Below, one piece after another: positions 61,910 to 64,000 of a DNA stretch of 64,000 bases. A program made the translations under genes and the position numbers. The number at the start of each line of letters is the position of its first letter. Positions within the stretch are counted from its first letter, which is position 1. Location: the NCBI GenBank assembly GCA_051294375.1, contig CM119267.1, forward strand, positions 8,891,709-8,955,708, given 5' to 3'. The DNA comes from Paraspadella gotoi. Lineage: Eukaryota; Animalia; Chaetognatha. The notes beneath the pieces are model-generated. The model made no database searches, was not told the DNA's origin, and saw only the letters and a program-made list of their open reading frames with translations.

Positions 61910-63504
61910 TTGCTAGATGGGTTTATTTTGCCCGAGTGATCTGTATAGAGTCGATTTTTGTTGATTTTGTCAAATAGGGATCAGGATCAGCGAATCCACG
62001 ATTTTTTTTTTCGATTCAAACCCGAACAAAAAGGGAGTATGAGCTTGACACCTACTAGAGATAATGCGACGACGACGACGACGACACGACGCGACGAGAC
62101 ATGATGATGGATCAGTTTGATTTCAAACCGATCCTTCTATCTCTGTTTGTTTGGTCGAAAGCATCGTCGTAATCGGAAACCAGAGGAGAGGAAATAGAAA
62201 TTTTCACTTTTTTTTTCTCTTTCTTTTTTTGTTTTTCTCTCTCTCTCTTCTCTCTCCTCTCTCTCTCTCTCTTCTCTTTTTCTCTCTTTCAGTTCTTTGT
62301 TTATATCTCAAATTCCAGAGGCCGAAAGGAAAAACGTGTTTTTTTTTTTTTTTGTGTCGCGTCATTTTCTCTCCTTTTTAAAGATTTTGTTCTAGTTTGT
62401 TTTTTTTTTTTCATTTTTATTTTTTCATTTCGAGTTTAAGTCGGAATTTGGTACCTGCTCACTCCGGAGTACCTCGTTATTAACAATTCGAAAAAAACTC
62501 GTGAAATTTCTCACAGACGTATAACCCTCTCCTTTTCTTCCTCTCTCTATTTCTCATTCTTTTCCTCCTCACTCCTGTTTTTCACTCAACGCTCCGCGCT
62601 CTCTTCCCCTTCAATTCACCCAAACGTTTCTCTTCACCATTTCTCCACATTCTGAAGGCGCTTCGATTCTCACCTTTGCTCTTCACGCTCTTCACGCTTT
62701 TCCTCCTCTCACCGTCCCCCCTTTCTTCTATCACCTCGATTTCGTTGCAAATCTCACCTTCACCACGACCACCTATCGCCAACCCTCCCGCCACGAACTC
62801 ACTCTTCCGAGTCGTATTTAAAACGTGTTACGCGCGTCGTGGGTTTGACGCCTCACGCGCGCGCCATCATCTTCGGGAGAGAGAGGGAGACGCTGAAAAG
62901 GAGAAGACAGAGATTAGAGAGACGGAGACGTTCCTTCCTCTTTTTTCACGCTTCGGGTTAAGTGGCTCAGGTGGAGAGCCGAACAATTCAACAAACGGCG
63001 TTTAGCTGCTCTTCCGAAAAGCTCTTTCAAGTCGAACAAAAAGAACCAAAGAATTTAAAAATCGTTAGTAAATTCTTGTTTCGGTTTTTTTGTTTTCGAT
63101 CGATTCACTTCGTCGCCCACGCCTCTTTTAGGGGGTGGGAGGCTTTCGTCTCATTTTTTTCGACTCGATTTCTTTCGATTTCTTTTTTTTTTCTTTCTTT
63201 TTTTCCAATTTTCTTATTTTCTTCCTCCGTTTCTTTTTTCCTCCATTTATCTCGTCAGTTCGGCGGCGTCGAAAGTGTGTCACCTTTTTTCTCGAGTTCA
63301 TGTGACTTTCTCCACCTCGCGAGACCACTTACTCCGGCATCGGGCACGGCATTGGCTTCGGCATGGCACTGCATTGGCTCCGCTTCGCCTCTTGGCTTTT
63401 ACGCAGAGAGTTTCAATTCTTTTTGAATCGTTGGTGATGTTTTTATTACTTAGAGATCTATTTATAATATCCTCTCGGTTGTCAAACGATTTCAATTGTT
63501 TTCA

Positions 63505-63710
63505 TTTTAATTAATATAATTTGCTGGGTCAGTCGGGATGCCTATACCGCATGCATGACCCTTATCTGACGTGCTCATTGCCATAGTACCGGTTCATCCC
63601 CGTCCTACCTGTGGACTAGAGCGTCGGGTGGAACGCCGTTAGCCAGAGTCGCCTAAGGGTAATGATATGGGTCATCTCACTTAGCCTATCCACATGAACT
63701 CTACTATTTG
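63505..63710 (+). ncRNA. Candidate structured RNA or retroelement terminal structure of unknown class
   Basis: Nested stems: ATAGTA/TACTAT, GGTTCAT/ATGAACT, GTGGA-TAG/CTA-TCCAC, GCGT/ACGC, TAAG/CTTA, ATGAT/GTCAT. The G-U pairs work on the + strand. Confidence 0.35.
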
Positions 63711-64000
63711 CTTCTCTCGTCACTGCGACGCGAAGCTTCATCTCAACCTCATCTCAGCAGCACCACATCTTCCGCGCGCTCTTCCCCCGGCGCCTTCGCT
63801 GACGCCCGTCTTCTCGAGCTCCTTCCACAGTTAGATCGAGGCGCGTCGTTAACGCCTTCCGCCTAGACGCGCCGTATTTTTCGACGTTCCGGCGCGGTCA
63901 AATTGATTCTTGGCTCCTCCATCTTAAATTCTGGCGGTCTTGTCGTTTGAGTTGGGCACCTATCTCGATATTTATTTTAAATTCCAACCGTCAAGTTCTC

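Overview
This is eukaryotic, probably animal, draft-scaffold DNA. It is dominated by (CT/GA)n, (GAC/GTC)n, (GGAT)n, (GAAA)n and poly-A/T tracts and by many N gaps. Almost all ORFs in the track are microsatellite or N artefacts. I found no rRNA, tRNA, CRISPR array or intact transposon ORF. Much of 1-51.3 kb consists of direct or inverted kilobase duplications. Each sits at an exactly 25-N gap and the copies differ by dense single-base indels, which points to long-read gap-filling artefacts rather than biology. Reading across splice sites by hand gives several in-frame gene fragments with very short introns (25-62 nt). The best is a minus-strand six-exon fragment (964-5690, error-laden copy at 10605-12557) that resembles, by eye, the GREB1 family. 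Others are two plus-strand exons sharing a VDRIEI...PR motif (54.1 and 59.6 kb) and a three-exon fragment at 60.8-61.3 kb. Non-coding candidates are two high-complexity, stem-rich islands (6.5-6.8 kb and 63.5-63.7 kb) and a ~69-bp hairpin-bearing minisatellite (14-15.2 kb). All protein-family resemblances come from recalled sequences and are not search results.
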